A stretch of 64,000 nucleotides of DNA, from contig BFEA01000020.1 in the NCBI GenBank assembly GCA_003427395.1, positions 2,374,577 to 2,438,576 on the forward strand. The letters are read 5' to 3'. Below the pieces are notes generated by a model. It was not told where the DNA came from. It searched no databases and was given only the letters and a program-made list of their open reading frames with translations. A program made the position numbers and the translations under genes. Of this stretch, positions 63,981 to 64,000 are shown piece by piece. The stretch is from Chara braunii (lineage: Eukaryota; Plantae; Charophyceae). How positions within the stretch are numbered: position 1 is the stretch's first letter; each line of letters begins with the position of its first letter.

Positions 63981-64000
63981 ATAGACTCCTGTCGTTGATG

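Overview
Eukaryotic, plant-type, extremely repeat-rich genomic DNA with three assembly gaps. The architecture resembles a streptophyte alga such as Chara, which is an inference only. The one host gene I can support is a minus-strand GH35 beta-galactosidase (BGAL17-like). Its first five coding exons (40872-40967, 30533-30664, 15376-15571, 12601-12683, 9084-9164) splice in frame across introns of about 2.7-15 kb, and the rest of the gene lies left of the window. The introns and upstream region are packed with transposons: a decayed chromodomain Ty3/Gypsy element (20281-29870) with a hAT-type insertion in its 5' LTR, two decayed L1/Tx1-like LINEs, LTR remnants, several hAT, Mutator and piggyBac-like MITEs, a tRNA-derived SINE, and long non-coding poly(A) retroposons sharing a 3' stem-loop tail. 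The most unusual signals are four. (1) A 10-unit hairpin array with an invariant TAAGTT loop at 63150-63980. (2) Two U6 snRNA-derived segments embedded in hairpin-dense, tail-flanked modules. (3) An extra, possibly Nudix-fold domain between the zinc knuckle and endonuclease of both LINEs. (4) Several kb-scale non-coding hairpin chains. A Nextera mate-pair junction adapter with a flanking 151-bp duplication (3459-3798) is an assembly artefact.
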